Positions 45,352-55,702 of a stretch of 64,000 bases of DNA are shown here, in pieces. Source of the stretch: Cladosporium halotolerans (lineage: Eukaryota); the NCBI RefSeq assembly GCF_011745625.1, contig NW_027191452.1, positions 1,240,001 through 1,304,000 of the forward strand, in the 5' to 3' direction. A program made the translations under genes and the position numbers. The notes under the pieces were generated by a model that saw only the letters and a program-made list of their open reading frames with translations, was not told the origin of the DNA and did not search any database. Each line of letters opens with the position of its first letter. Within the stretch, counting starts at the first letter, position 1.

Positions 45352-45933
45352 TCAGCCCCTCTTCAAATCCCCATACGCCGGCGGCGCCCCCTCCGCCATC
45401 CTCTCCCCTCTCTCCCTCCGCCCAGCCCCATCCGGCACCCCCCTCAACAACTCCCCCAACCTCACCTCCACATCCCTCTTGAACGCCTGGAACGCTTCCG
45501 CCACGCTCGCCCCGTCCGCGCTCGGCTCGAGTTTAACGCTTATCACGCCCCTCTCATCGATCGCAACGAGCGTCGCCACGAGCCGGTCGGGCTCGTCGGA
45601 GCCAGACGCGTCTGCGCCGGGCGAAGCGCGGCGCGAGAAGAGCAGCTTGAAGTCGTGCGCTGAGAGGTCGAGCGTGCCATTCGAGGTCGTCAGGGAGATG
45701 AGGGCTTCTGTTCGTTCGAATCGCTGCTGTTAGTGATGGTAGTGCTGTCTGTGGAATTGTGGGACGTTGGGGCTGCGCGCACGGATGAATTGCTCGCGGT
45801 CGGCGGCGCTGGCGAAGGCTTTGCTGCCTTTGTCGACCCAGTCGCTGTTCGCGTGGATGCCGTAGGGGTCGGCGGGGGGCAGGGCTTTGGAGATGTTGTG
45901 GTAGAGGGCGGGTTTGGAGGCGTCGGCGCCCAT
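45352..45933 (-). CDS. Hypothetical protein (about 168 aa) with an N-myristoylation signal and a C-terminal PPxY motif
   Basis: Exons 45933-45783 and 45707-45352 (intron GTGCGC..CACTAAC..CAG). Begins MGADASKP and ends APPAYGDLKRG. Confidence 0.65.
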
Positions 45934-46660
45934 TTCTGGCAATGTGGTTCTGACGTTTGGTTGATTGGTGGTATGAAGGGATTGGGCTTCTTGGGTGGAA
46001 TCGATTTTGGATCGATTGATTGTTGAAACTGATCGGTTTGATTGAGAAGCTATCAAGATGCAAGCTACCTTACACTGGTTGGATTATATGTGGTAAGCGA
46101 ACGCTCACGTCGACTTCAGCTGCTCTTCGCAGCCCTTCCCTGTTGCGGGTTTGGCGCGAGGCTGTGGGGACTTCAGCTCCAGCAGGCGAGCTGTCGTCGC
46201 GGTCATGCCGCATGGTCGAATCCTTTGTGGCGCATCTGCGCCACGCGGCTAGCGAATACGAAAGCTTTGATAGATTAATAGCGACTCAGCGATAAGTGTC
46301 GACTGCTCGGCGTGGCTGATAGCAGATCGCAGTTCGCAGAAATGATACAAGTATAGTTGCAACACCTAAAGAGTCCAGCAGTGGTGCAATCCCCAGAGAC
46401 GAGAGTATTTCGTAGCTTTGGAGCCGACGACGGTATTGCCTCTTGCGTGATATACCTTCACACGCTCCCAACTCTGCAGCTTGCGCCACATGCACTAGGC
46501 CATGCATGATGATCAGAGCTGAAGCTTGCCGCCTTACGAGGATGAAGACACCAAGACTTCTTTATAAAGTCAAAAATCAGGCATCGTCCATGTCAACGCT
46601 CGCTAGATACACCACAGCTCCAAGCCAATGATCTCTTCTCATTCGACGAAGCGTATCCGG

Positions 46661-48679
46661 TCACCATAGCGCAGCGAAGGAGGTTCCGGGAAGTCCGCCT
46701 GTGCTCTTAAACATTGCCGCCTGTCCCTCTCGATACATCTCTGAGATCCCACTCATTGTTGCAATGTCCTCCGCAGTCGCATTTTCGTTTCCGAATGGCA
46801 GCTCATCAGTCTCGCACACGGTCCCTTCCTCAGGCAAATAGCCGGAATGGAAATATCTCCTTATGTGGCTGACGGTACACGACGAATATACACTGTTCGA
46901 AGTGTGTCCAGGCGAGTTCTGCGTCAGGACCACAGAGCCGGGATACCCCTTGCTCATCTTGAACGCGTTGTGAAGCGGTGTGACTGGGTCCGCCGTGTTG
47001 CCTATCATCAGGATAGGGTGTGAGGTTTTCGCTTTGAATGGCGCCGTGAAGCGATACGCTGGGCGGACGGAATAGTGGATGCAGTACATGCGGAACATTG
47101 ACCACATCGGCCCTATCGTTGGTGACTTTTTCGCCAGCTTGTGCCAGTATTCGGCGTATTGGGACTTGGTCATCCAGCTTTGGTCGTCGCCGTCGGCACA
47201 TGCGATGGCCATGGTGGCGTCTGGTGCTAGGATTCCAGCTGCCATATTGTAAGAAGATCTAGTAACATCGAGTGAAGCGGGTTCCGCAGAGCATGTGAGC
47301 CCGTGGTAAGGGCGAAGCAACTCTGCGAAAAGGGTGCCATCGCCCTGCTCGACGCCTGCCAAGAGGTTGGCAATCCGAGGGAACGAAATCATGGGGCTGT
47401 AGAGGCCGGCAAAAACCAAGTGTTTGGCATCGGAGTAGGTGATGACCTCGGGATTTGGGCCTAAGACTGGCAGTGGATTGTGGATGAGACTGTCGGTCGC
47501 ATTCTTGACTCTTGCTTCCACGCTGTCAATGGTCGTGTAGCCGGACTGATTTGCGAGCGAGCAAGCAGGAAACCCAGCTCGGGCGCAGTGCCTGTAGAAT
47601 TCATGCATCTCTTTCTCCGTATCGCGCAGATTGTCGGTCCATTTCACCTTACGATAATCGTCAGCGTCGACAAGCTCATCTACGCGGAGACGGTGTATCC
47701 GATCTGGGAACATGGAAGCGAATGTCAGACCGAGATAGGTACCATATGATCCGCCACTGTAGATGATCTTCTCTTTGCCCGGTTCATATCTGAGTTCTGC
47801 CGGGACGGAAGACTGGCGCGCGAATCTGAAGGATATCGATGAGAAACATGGCGTTCTTGATGCAAGGAGTCTCCTCGATTCGAGCTCGCGCCATTGCCCA
47901 TGTCTCTCAACTAGTTCCAGCATATCTCTCGCCGTATGAGCTGTCGTAACATATGGTTTGATGTCCTTACCGTCCCCTAAGGGCAGAGAGCAAGACTTAG
48001 CGCGTGCGATAGCCATGGACCACAATCGACCAAAGGCAGCATCGGAGGATCCAAGGATGCCCTCCTCCATGACACGTAGCTGCCACCCTTGGTCAAGAGA
48101 CGGGCTCTCAAAGCAATGCACGTTCGGCGTTGAGAATCCCACACCTCTGGGGTCAAATCCAAGGATGTCGAAATATTTGCCCTCTGGATCATCTGGTGAC
48201 GGCGAGTCTACACCATGCCGGATCATCTTCCAGGCACCGACTGCGAATTCCACACCGCTCCCGCCCGGGCCCCCTGGATTCACTATCAGGGCGCCGGCGT
48301 ATCTGGGATCGGTGACTGGGACGATGGCTGGTTTCCTGACCACCGCCAGAGACATGGTCTTGTTCGTGGTTCCATTCCAGTAATCCAAGGGTAGTTCCAG
48401 TCGAGCACACTGAAAGTCGCCTAGGCTTGTGTAACAAGGCGAGTATTGAAGACTGCCATGGGCAGGCGAGGTGTTCCAATCGAACTCTGGCTCGGAAGGG
48501 CTGCCTCCAACTCTAGCGACTCGCCCTAAAGACCGCAGTATCTCGAAAAGCGCAGGCCGTACCCACAGTATGCTTAGCAGGCCACAGAGGGCCAAGAAGA
48601 TCCATTTTACTCGTTGGTGGCCGCTTTGTCGATATGCTGGCGAAGTAAATGGCCTTGATTGTCCGACGTCCTTCTCCAT
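46661..48679 (-). CDS. TAP-like alpha/beta hydrolase (peptidase S33-like), N-terminally membrane anchored
   Basis: 672-aa ORF with CARLELPLDY, NPGGPGGSG, FDPRGVG, nucleophile GSYGT, GNTADPVTP and PGH. Confidence 0.92.
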   Translation of the reverse strand: MEKDVGQSRPFTSPAYRQSGHQRVKWIFLALCGLLSILWVRPALFEILRSLGRVARVGGSPSEPEFDWNTSPAHGSLQYSPCYTSLGDFQCARLELPLDYWNGTTNKTMSLAVVRKPAIVPVTDPRYAGALIVNPGGPGGSGVEFAVGAWKMIRHGVDSPSPDDPEGKYFDILGFDPRGVGFSTPNVHCFESPSLDQGWQLRVMEEGILGSSDAAFGRLWSMAIARAKSCSLPLGDGKDIKPYVTTAHTARDMLELVERHGQWRELESRRLLASRTPCFSSISFRFARQSSVPAELRYEPGKEKIIYSGGSYGTYLGLTFASMFPDRIHRLRVDELVDADDYRKVKWTDNLRDTEKEMHEFYRHCARAGFPACSLANQSGYTTIDSVEARVKNATDSLIHNPLPVLGPNPEVITYSDAKHLVFAGLYSPMISFPRIANLLAGVEQGDGTLFAELLRPYHGLTCSAEPASLDVTRSSYNMAAGILAPDATMAIACADGDDQSWMTKSQYAEYWHKLAKKSPTIGPMWSMFRMYCIHYSVRPAYRFTAPFKAKTSHPILMIGNTADPVTPLHNAFKMSKGYPGSVVLTQNSPGHTSNSVYSSCTVSHIRRYFHSGYLPEEGTVCETDELPFGNENATAEDIATMSGISEMYREGQAAMFKSTGGLPGTSFAALW

Positions 48680-49365
48680 GCTGGCTGCAAACAGGCGAGG
48701 TGGGCTTCTCTTGTTACCTCCTCCCTTGACGCAAGATACAAAAATGCCTGGTCGAAGTGCCCAGCTGTAGGATGAACCCTAATGATAAAGCCACCAGATA
48801 CCGATACCACTCGCGGTGTGGAGATGCAGCCAAGCTGGGTGACACAGCCATTCACTACCGAAGAATCGATGATCGCCAAGTGTGATAGCGAACGATTGTC
48901 GCATTGAATCTCGGATGCTTTCGATCTATCTTATCATTCCATGGGTTCAAATATCACAGTGATTTGTAGAACCTGAGATACATTAATGACTGACTGGCTG
49001 TGGTCGCATGTCCGCGGCGGGATCGTCGAGCAAAAGCGCCACATACCGACCCGGTGCGAGCTCGAATTGACCAGAAGCCATGGCAACTACGATCTGTCTT
49101 CTAAAGACATCAGTGTGATTTCTACCCTCAATCATGCATCTGGTGTGATTTTGTGTTTATTTTGTTCCGCCTTCCACACGAGATCCAGCCGCTTCAGGTC
49201 ACCAACCAATCGGCTCATGCAACCCGACTTCCCAAGCAGCGGGAGGGTCCCGATCGGTCGGCTTTAGAAAATGTCTCCACCTCCTCCAACTTTCCGGGGC
49301 GCCTTGCGACTTTTATTCTGCACGGCGCCCTGGTGATATCTCGTTACACGCGCGACAGAATCACC

Positions 49366-50109
49366 ATGGACGCCCAACATTACCTCAAAAAGCACGGCTG
49401 GAGAGGCTCTGGTCATTCGCTTGACCAGAGCAATCGCGGACTCAAGAAACCCCTCCTCGTCAGCAAGAAAGTGGACGTCCTTGGTGTCGGCGTGAACAAA
49501 CATGCCGCTGTGTCGGACCAGTGGTGGCTGCGCGCCTTCGACCAGAGCTTGCAGACGCTGGGAACTGGGCAGGAGACTGCGCTTTCGCAGGCACAAAAGC
49601 ATGGTGTGAACAGAGGAGGATTGTATGGGCGATTCGTGAAGGGAGAGGGTGTGCCAGGGACGATCGGCCAGACAATCTTGCCTTCGAACAAGCCTAGCGA
49701 CCAGCCATCTTCGAAGGAACAGAAGAAGACAATTTCCGACAATGGCATGCTGCCTACACCCCAAGACTCGGATGCGCAAGACGAAAAAGCCGACCGAAAG
49801 CGCAAGCGCTCAGAAAAATCCGACGAGAAGCGATCGAAGCGGAAGAAGGAGGTAGGCGAGGACAAGAAGGATATGAGCTCAGAGTCGGAGGCTGCAAAAG
49901 ACAAGGCCTCGAAGAAAGCCAAAAAGGACGCAAAGAAGGCGAAGAAGGACAAAAAGAGCACTTCAGGCTCCAACGCGGAAGACGATCTTGACCCCGAAAA
50001 GCAGGCGCTATACGCCAAACGTGCCGCTGAAAAGGGCGTTTCACTCGAGACCTACATCAAACGACGACAAGAGAAATACGCTGCGAAGAAGGACGAGAAG
50101 AGGAAATGA
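49366..50109 (+). CDS. TMA23: Tma23-like Lys-rich protein with a G-patch-like N-terminus
   Basis: ACCATG start. MDAQHYLKKHGWRG..GLKKPLLV..LGVG..QWW.RAFD..L..LYGRFVKGE followed by a Lys/Glu-rich tail. Confidence 0.7.
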   Translation: MDAQHYLKKHGWRGSGHSLDQSNRGLKKPLLVSKKVDVLGVGVNKHAAVSDQWWLRAFDQSLQTLGTGQETALSQAQKHGVNRGGLYGRFVKGEGVPGTIGQTILPSNKPSDQPSSKEQKKTISDNGMLPTPQDSDAQDEKADRKRKRSEKSDEKRSKRKKEVGEDKKDMSSESEAAKDKASKKAKKDAKKAKKDKKSTSGSNAEDDLDPEKQALYAKRAAEKGVSLETYIKRRQEKYAAKKDEKRK

Positions 50110-50611
50110 GGGGATGGGGACAGAAAAAGAAGAATAAGGATCTTGATCGAAAGAGAGCGAAGAAGCAAGTGCTCTGCAGGCTTCTGCTCTCAAACGAAGT
50201 TAGACCCAGAGCCTGACTTCGTAAAGGATAATTACGCCTGGCAATAGCTTCTGGGTGCAGCAAAGACGAGCCACGGCCCGCCCTTGGTATGCCTCAATCG
50301 CAGATGAGCTGTTGCACACGAACAGCAGCTCTTGGGTTCTGGCAGCTTATCAGCCACGGAAAAAGGCACTGGGCATAATAGAATCGTATCGACTCGATTT
50401 CGATGGCTCAAGACAGGTGTCTATGGAAGGCATCTGCTGTATCTACGAAGGGCCATGATGTACATATTAGCGGTTTCGACGCTCCGATGACCCGCGCTTT
50501 GATACAGAGTGCGAAGGGAGGCCTCCGGAAGAGTCAAATCAAGGCGATAGCAATCTGAGACAGATGAATGTAAAAGCCAATGGAGCTCTAGACTACCAAC
50601 AGCTAGTTTAC

Positions 50612-51733
50612 CTAGTTTTGCTCCAGCAGCCATTTCACACCCTTGACGGACTCTTCCACAAACCGCTTGCTCGACTCGATCTTAGGGAAGACCGACCAGA
50701 AACCGTGCGGCAGGCCGGGGTAGACGTCAACTTTCGTCTTGAGACCTTCATCCTCACGCAGTAATCGCTCGTATATCAGTGCTTCATCTCGGAGCGGGTC
50801 CTGGCCGCAGATCTGGAAATAGCTCGGCGGCAGACAAGCGTGCCCAGTCTTGAATAGAAGCGGACTGAACAGCTCGCTGCCACGATCTGCTACAGGAAGA
50901 TAGCAATCGTAGAACAGATCGCAAGCCTTGCGGGAGAGAATAGCGGCATTCTTGTTCTGCTCCCACGAGTGCTGGTCCTTCTTATACTTCTCTGGCAGAG
51001 CGTCAACAGCGCAGATGGCTGGGATCATCATGTGGCAGCCAGTCAAAGGCGGGCTAAACTTTTCGTCACGGGCCAGGTGAGAGATCGTGGCGGCGATGTT
51101 TCCACCAGCTGAAGTGCCACCGATAATGAAGCCTTTGCTCGGGTCTGCGCTCAATTGCGAGGCGTTTTCAGCAGCCTAGTGTTCTGTTAGCGGGCGCCCT
51201 GATCGCAGTATTTAATTGAGTATTATCCCTACCCATTTTGTAGCATCCCAGCAGTCATTGTGTGCTGTTGGGAACTTGTGCTCCGGCGCAAGCCTGTAAT
51301 CCACGTTCACCGCGACAAATCCGAGTTGCCCACACAGCAGCCGGCAGAGGAGCTCCTCATTTTCCAGACCACCAATAGAGAAGCCGCCGCCATGGTACAT
51401 CACATAGAGCGGTCCGGCAGCCTTCTCGGGTGTATATGTCCGCACGGTGATCTTCCCGCCATCTCTCATGGTAACTTGATGGTCCTTCTCTTCTTTTACT
51501 CCAGGCACAGGGCTGTGGCTGGCGGTCATATTCTTCTTGGTCGCTGATATGAAGCCACGGAGCGTTTGAATGTCCTCGAACATGCCAATGTCGAAGGCCT
51601 GCCCGCCCATCGATTCGAGCACCTGTGTTTAACGTCAGCGCGAGTTGCAGAGGGCGAACGATAGCGCTAGTCGTACCGCGTCCCATTCTGGGGTGGTGTC
51701 GCTTAACGATCGCCAATCCTTGATGTCAGCCAT
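50612..51733 (-). CDS. HSL-family esterase/lipase (Abhydrolase_3)
   Basis: Exons 51733-51677, 51622-51233 and 51175-50612. Motifs HGGG, DYRLAPEHKFP, GTSAG, DPLRDE and HGF. Confidence 0.94.
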
Positions 51734-53468
51734 GTTCGGTGCTTTGTAGGTTTGGTCTAGAAACGCCGGAAGAGGTGCACACGAGGGGAGATGTTAGCAC
51801 GCGGCTGTACTTATCCATGGCCCCACCACTCGTCGGCAATATCGATGGATATACATCATCGGCCTTTAGCTTACTCCATGGAGCAAGTAATCGACTAGGA
51901 CATAGATTGATTCAATACTTCTCAGAAGTGCCTCGGTGACCAATGCACGCGCCAGCCTCGGTATTGTGTACGAGGGTCGAGTCGACGCAGTAGACCTGGC
52001 GTGCCTGGCGGTTGCATGTCGTAACTGGTCCTCGGCATGGTTGGAGGCTTGCGGGGAAAGATGGCAAACGGAATTTCGGCTTCAATCCTCATCCGGAAGT
52101 CGGTGGCATGGTAAACCCAACGCCTAGCATTTCTCAGGGAAAGAGAAGCATCTCTCCCGCCACAAGACGTCGAGGTGATGTGCTATCGAGAGACATCAAC
52201 GATCGTTTCTCTATGCCCTCAGGGTCGCGGCTTGTGCGCCACCAGCTTTCGGATCGGCTGTGGTTTGCCGGCTTCCGGTGACAGAGTCTCAGGAGGCTTG
52301 TTGATCTATCTGATGGCCAGAACACGTCCTCTCACCCTCGCCCCCTTTTGAAACTTCAATGGTTGTGTCTCAAGGTTTCGGTACTTACCAGTAATTGGCC
52401 TGACGACAAGTATCTCGTACAGGCTCAGCCATAGCCTGTCCACCTGCGACCATGGCAACTCAGCCTTTCTTGAGATTGACCGTCTCTTGTTGAAGGATGT
52501 CATATCCAGCTGGACGGTGCGGCGGTTCCGTTTGATACGGGGATATTGACTATCTACACACAGACCCTGGTCTACTGTCGGCTCCTGTGATCGACCCATG
52601 GCTCCTGCGCCTGGCAGGCGGAGCTTATTCACCGTCAAGGACACGCGGCTTGACATTTTCTTGTTGCACATGTACGAGGATGCTTATAGCATCGATGCCT
52701 TGCAATCCAGCCTCGCATGGCTTCATCGGTTGATACACTTACATCTTTGAGAGGCTGGAGTGAGGTTTCCACGAGTTCCATCTGAGACCACTCTGCATAA
52801 TAATGCTGTCCGGTCATCGAGTAGTCTCTGATGATTGCCTCCTCGTAATTGCTGTCGCACGCAATGCGGCTGTACGCGCATCAATAATGTAGATCTTAAA
52901 GCCAGCGCCAACCAAGCATCACCAAGAATCTTTAGCACGCCACCTTAAAAGCATCAAGCATCGTCCCGACCGTTGCGATGTCTCGGTCGGAGCACTTCCC
53001 ATGCTTCCGCTCTCCACCCTGACTACCGTGAGCGAATGGTGTGCGGTTCACACTTGTATCAGTCGTGTCAGATGGAGGCAGCTGAATCGACTGGCGCCAC
53101 TTCCATCCTGCCCCCTACTGTAAGAACTGACGTGCAACTCGAGTTGCAGTGGCCCAAGCATCATCCGCACGTTCTCCGACTGAATGCATCACTGGTCATC
53201 CCCGTGAAGTTGTTCCATAGACATGTCACCGCGGCCGTGGGTCCCCTTGTGCCATTGCCCTGGGTCAGACACACATGTATAGTACACGGTAACTCGGCTC
53301 TTCAGTTCCAGCCTCAACGATCATACCTACGACCAAAACTCCCCCGTCATCCTCACTCGAAGCTACGACCAACTCTATAACCTCGACAGTGCCCTTGCAC
53401 AAACGATATTGCAATCGCTTGACTGGCTTCATTGCGTCCTGGCTTCTCAAGCTGGTTCCGGCTATAGC

Positions 53469-54974
53469 ATGGCCAACCCCTCAGACTCTCTACGACTATG
53501 GCCGAAACCCGACTCACACTCAGGCCTATCTGGAATACAGTATCATTACGAGACACGATGGGTTGAATGCCGCGAATTACCACGAGTACACGAAGATTAC
53601 GATGTTGAGCTGCAAGATACGTCTGGTGGCTCCGACACAAGCAGGCTGAACAATGATTATCACCACAATGAATACGATGCACACGTAAAGACCAGCAAAG
53701 CCTTCATACGACCGTGGACATTCCTTTCCATCTGCTGGAAGTCTTCCTCAAGAGGCAGCATGATGACAAACTCCTTGTGGCCTTTCACCATCGCCGCCAT
53801 AGTACTACACTACTATTTCGATGAACACCAGCTGTGGATCTTCGTCACGGCATATATCGGCATGGTGCCAGCAGCAAACCTCGTGGGATTCTCTGGCCAT
53901 CAACTCGCAAGGAAACTAAATCCAACACTCGGTATCCTGGTTGAGACTGCGATCGGTTCCTGCGTGGAATTGATTCTGCTCTGTGTACTAATCATTCAAC
54001 CGGGAAACATGAGCATACGAGTCATTCGGGCAGTCATCCTTGGATCTATACTGGCAAACCTTTTGCTCTGTTTAGGGCTTTGCTTCTTCGTCGGCGGCAT
54101 CTTCTATCCGAACCAATCGTTTCATGTGGCTATCAGCGAAGTCGCTTGCAACCTCATGCTCGTGGCTGGCATGGGTCTGATCATACCATCTGTCTTCTAT
54201 AACTCTCTATCCTTAAGCTCGACCCGCTCAATCAATTACTTGGATGAGCGAGCGCTGAGATTGTCACGCGTTGTTGCGGTCGTTCTGCTGGCCGCGTTCT
54301 TCGCCTATCTGTGGTTTCAGACTCGGTCGCATTCTGGGATTTACCAAGACCTCCTTCAAACAGAGGACACTCCGGAGGAAAGACGGAGAAACAAGCATAA
54401 GGCGCAGCTCACCCTGGTTGAGTCTATACTGGCAGTTATGGCTGGCATCACATTCGTGTCGTTCATGGCGGTCTTCCTTGTGCAACAGATTGAGGTATGT
54501 CTCGGCCCTCTTTTCAGCCCGCGATTCAGTGCACTAACAAGCGTACAGTACATCGTTATCGATCGGCATCTCAGCGAAGAATTTAAAGGCCTGATTCTCG
54601 TCCCTGTGGTGGAAAAGATCTCCGAGCACCTCACAGCAATGCACAAAGCCCACCAAAACCAAATGAACTACGCTCTTGCCCAAGTGCTAGGCTCGTCGAT
54701 CCAGACAGCGCTTCTCAATACACCTCTTATTGTGTTGATTGGGTGGGCGCTGGACAAGAACATGAGCCTCAACTTCGAGATCTTCGACGCTGCCATGCTT
54801 CTCCTGGCGATCATCGTGGTCGGAAGCTTCTTGCGGGACGAGAAGAGCGATTACTTGGAGGGGATGCTGAGCGTCTTCGTTTATCTCCTAATAGCGGTGG
54901 GTGCGTACTATTATCCGAATCCGGAATCAGGGGAGTCAGGGCATAGGGAAGGGGCGCACAGTTCTGATAGATGA
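53469..54974 (+). CDS. Ca2+/H+ exchanger (CAX/Vcx1 family)
   Basis: Multi-TM protein with alpha-repeats GSCVELI..ILGSILANLLL and GLILVPVVEKISEH..LGSSIQTAL, plus KSDYLEG. Intron 54495-54548. The 5' end is uncertain because the frame is open back to about 53283. Confidence 0.88.
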   Translation: MANPSDSLRLWPKPDSHSGLSGIQYHYETRWVECRELPRVHEDYDVELQDTSGGSDTSRLNNDYHHNEYDAHVKTSKAFIRPWTFLSICWKSSSRGSMMTNSLWPFTIAAIVLHYYFDEHQLWIFVTAYIGMVPAANLVGFSGHQLARKLNPTLGILVETAIGSCVELILLCVLIIQPGNMSIRVIRAVILGSILANLLLCLGLCFFVGGIFYPNQSFHVAISEVACNLMLVAGMGLIIPSVFYNSLSLSSTRSINYLDERALRLSRVVAVVLLAAFFAYLWFQTRSHSGIYQDLLQTEDTPEERRRNKHKAQLTLVESILAVMAGITFVSFMAVFLVQQIEVCLGPLFSPRFSALTSVQYIVIDRHLSEEFKGLILVPVVEKISEHLTAMHKAHQNQMNYALAQVLGSSIQTALLNTPLIVLIGWALDKNMSLNFEIFDAAMLLLAIIVVGSFLRDEKSDYLEGMLSVFVYLLIAVGAYYYPNPESGESGHREGAHSSDR

Positions 54975-55321
54975 TTTGGAAAATGGAAAACAATGATACA
55001 AAATTCGATATGTTGCGAGACATTCTTCGTAGAGATTTACCCGACTGAGTTCCATCTGTCCAAAAGGTTGGAGCGTGTCGTCAAACGCCAGCTCTGGAGG
55101 AAACGAAGCCACTCAAAATGCCCGCAGAAGATAGCGTGCTATTGACGTTTCGCATACCGAACAACGATTCTTCATACTTTTGAACTAGGGCCAACGCATT
55201 TGATGGCCTTGAAGATTGTAGCATACAATGGGAGACGGATGAGAAAATGTTTTGCTTTATAACATACAGACCAGTGCTTGACGTCATGGTTCCACACCAT
55301 TGGATGCATCAAACATCCAAA

Positions 55322-55416
55322 TCCTCAATGGTCTAGTGGCTATGATTTCCGCTTGTCATTCAGGTTTACCCGATGATAAGCCGCGGGAGACCAGGGTTCG
55401 ATTCCCTGTTGGGGAG
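55322..55416 (+). tRNA. tRNA-Asp(GTC) with an intron of about 23 nt
   Basis: Acceptor stem TCCTCAA/TTGGGGA, D arm GTCTAGTGGCTATGAT, anticodon stem TCCGC/GCGGG with GTC at 55355-55357, intron at about 55359-55381, and T arm CAGGG-TTCGATT-CCCTG. Confidence 0.95.
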
Positions 55417-55702
55417 ATTTCAGAAATGGCATCTCTTACAGATATCAAGTCTTCCGGTGCTGGCTCACCAGCATCGTCCATTCTTTTTCGTGAATTTTTT
55501 ACGGAATGGACATCCACGCAAGTTCGGTCAGTTATGGACGGCACGAAGTCCTTCCTAGATGCACCCGTGGCTTTGATATCGGGACTAGACACATAAGAGT
55601 GTCAATATCTGTCAAAAGGGTCATGGCCAATCGAGCGCTATTTTGACATGTCATGCGGCTGCGTACAAGAGATATAAGTTCTTATTCAAATTTCATGGGC
55701 AT

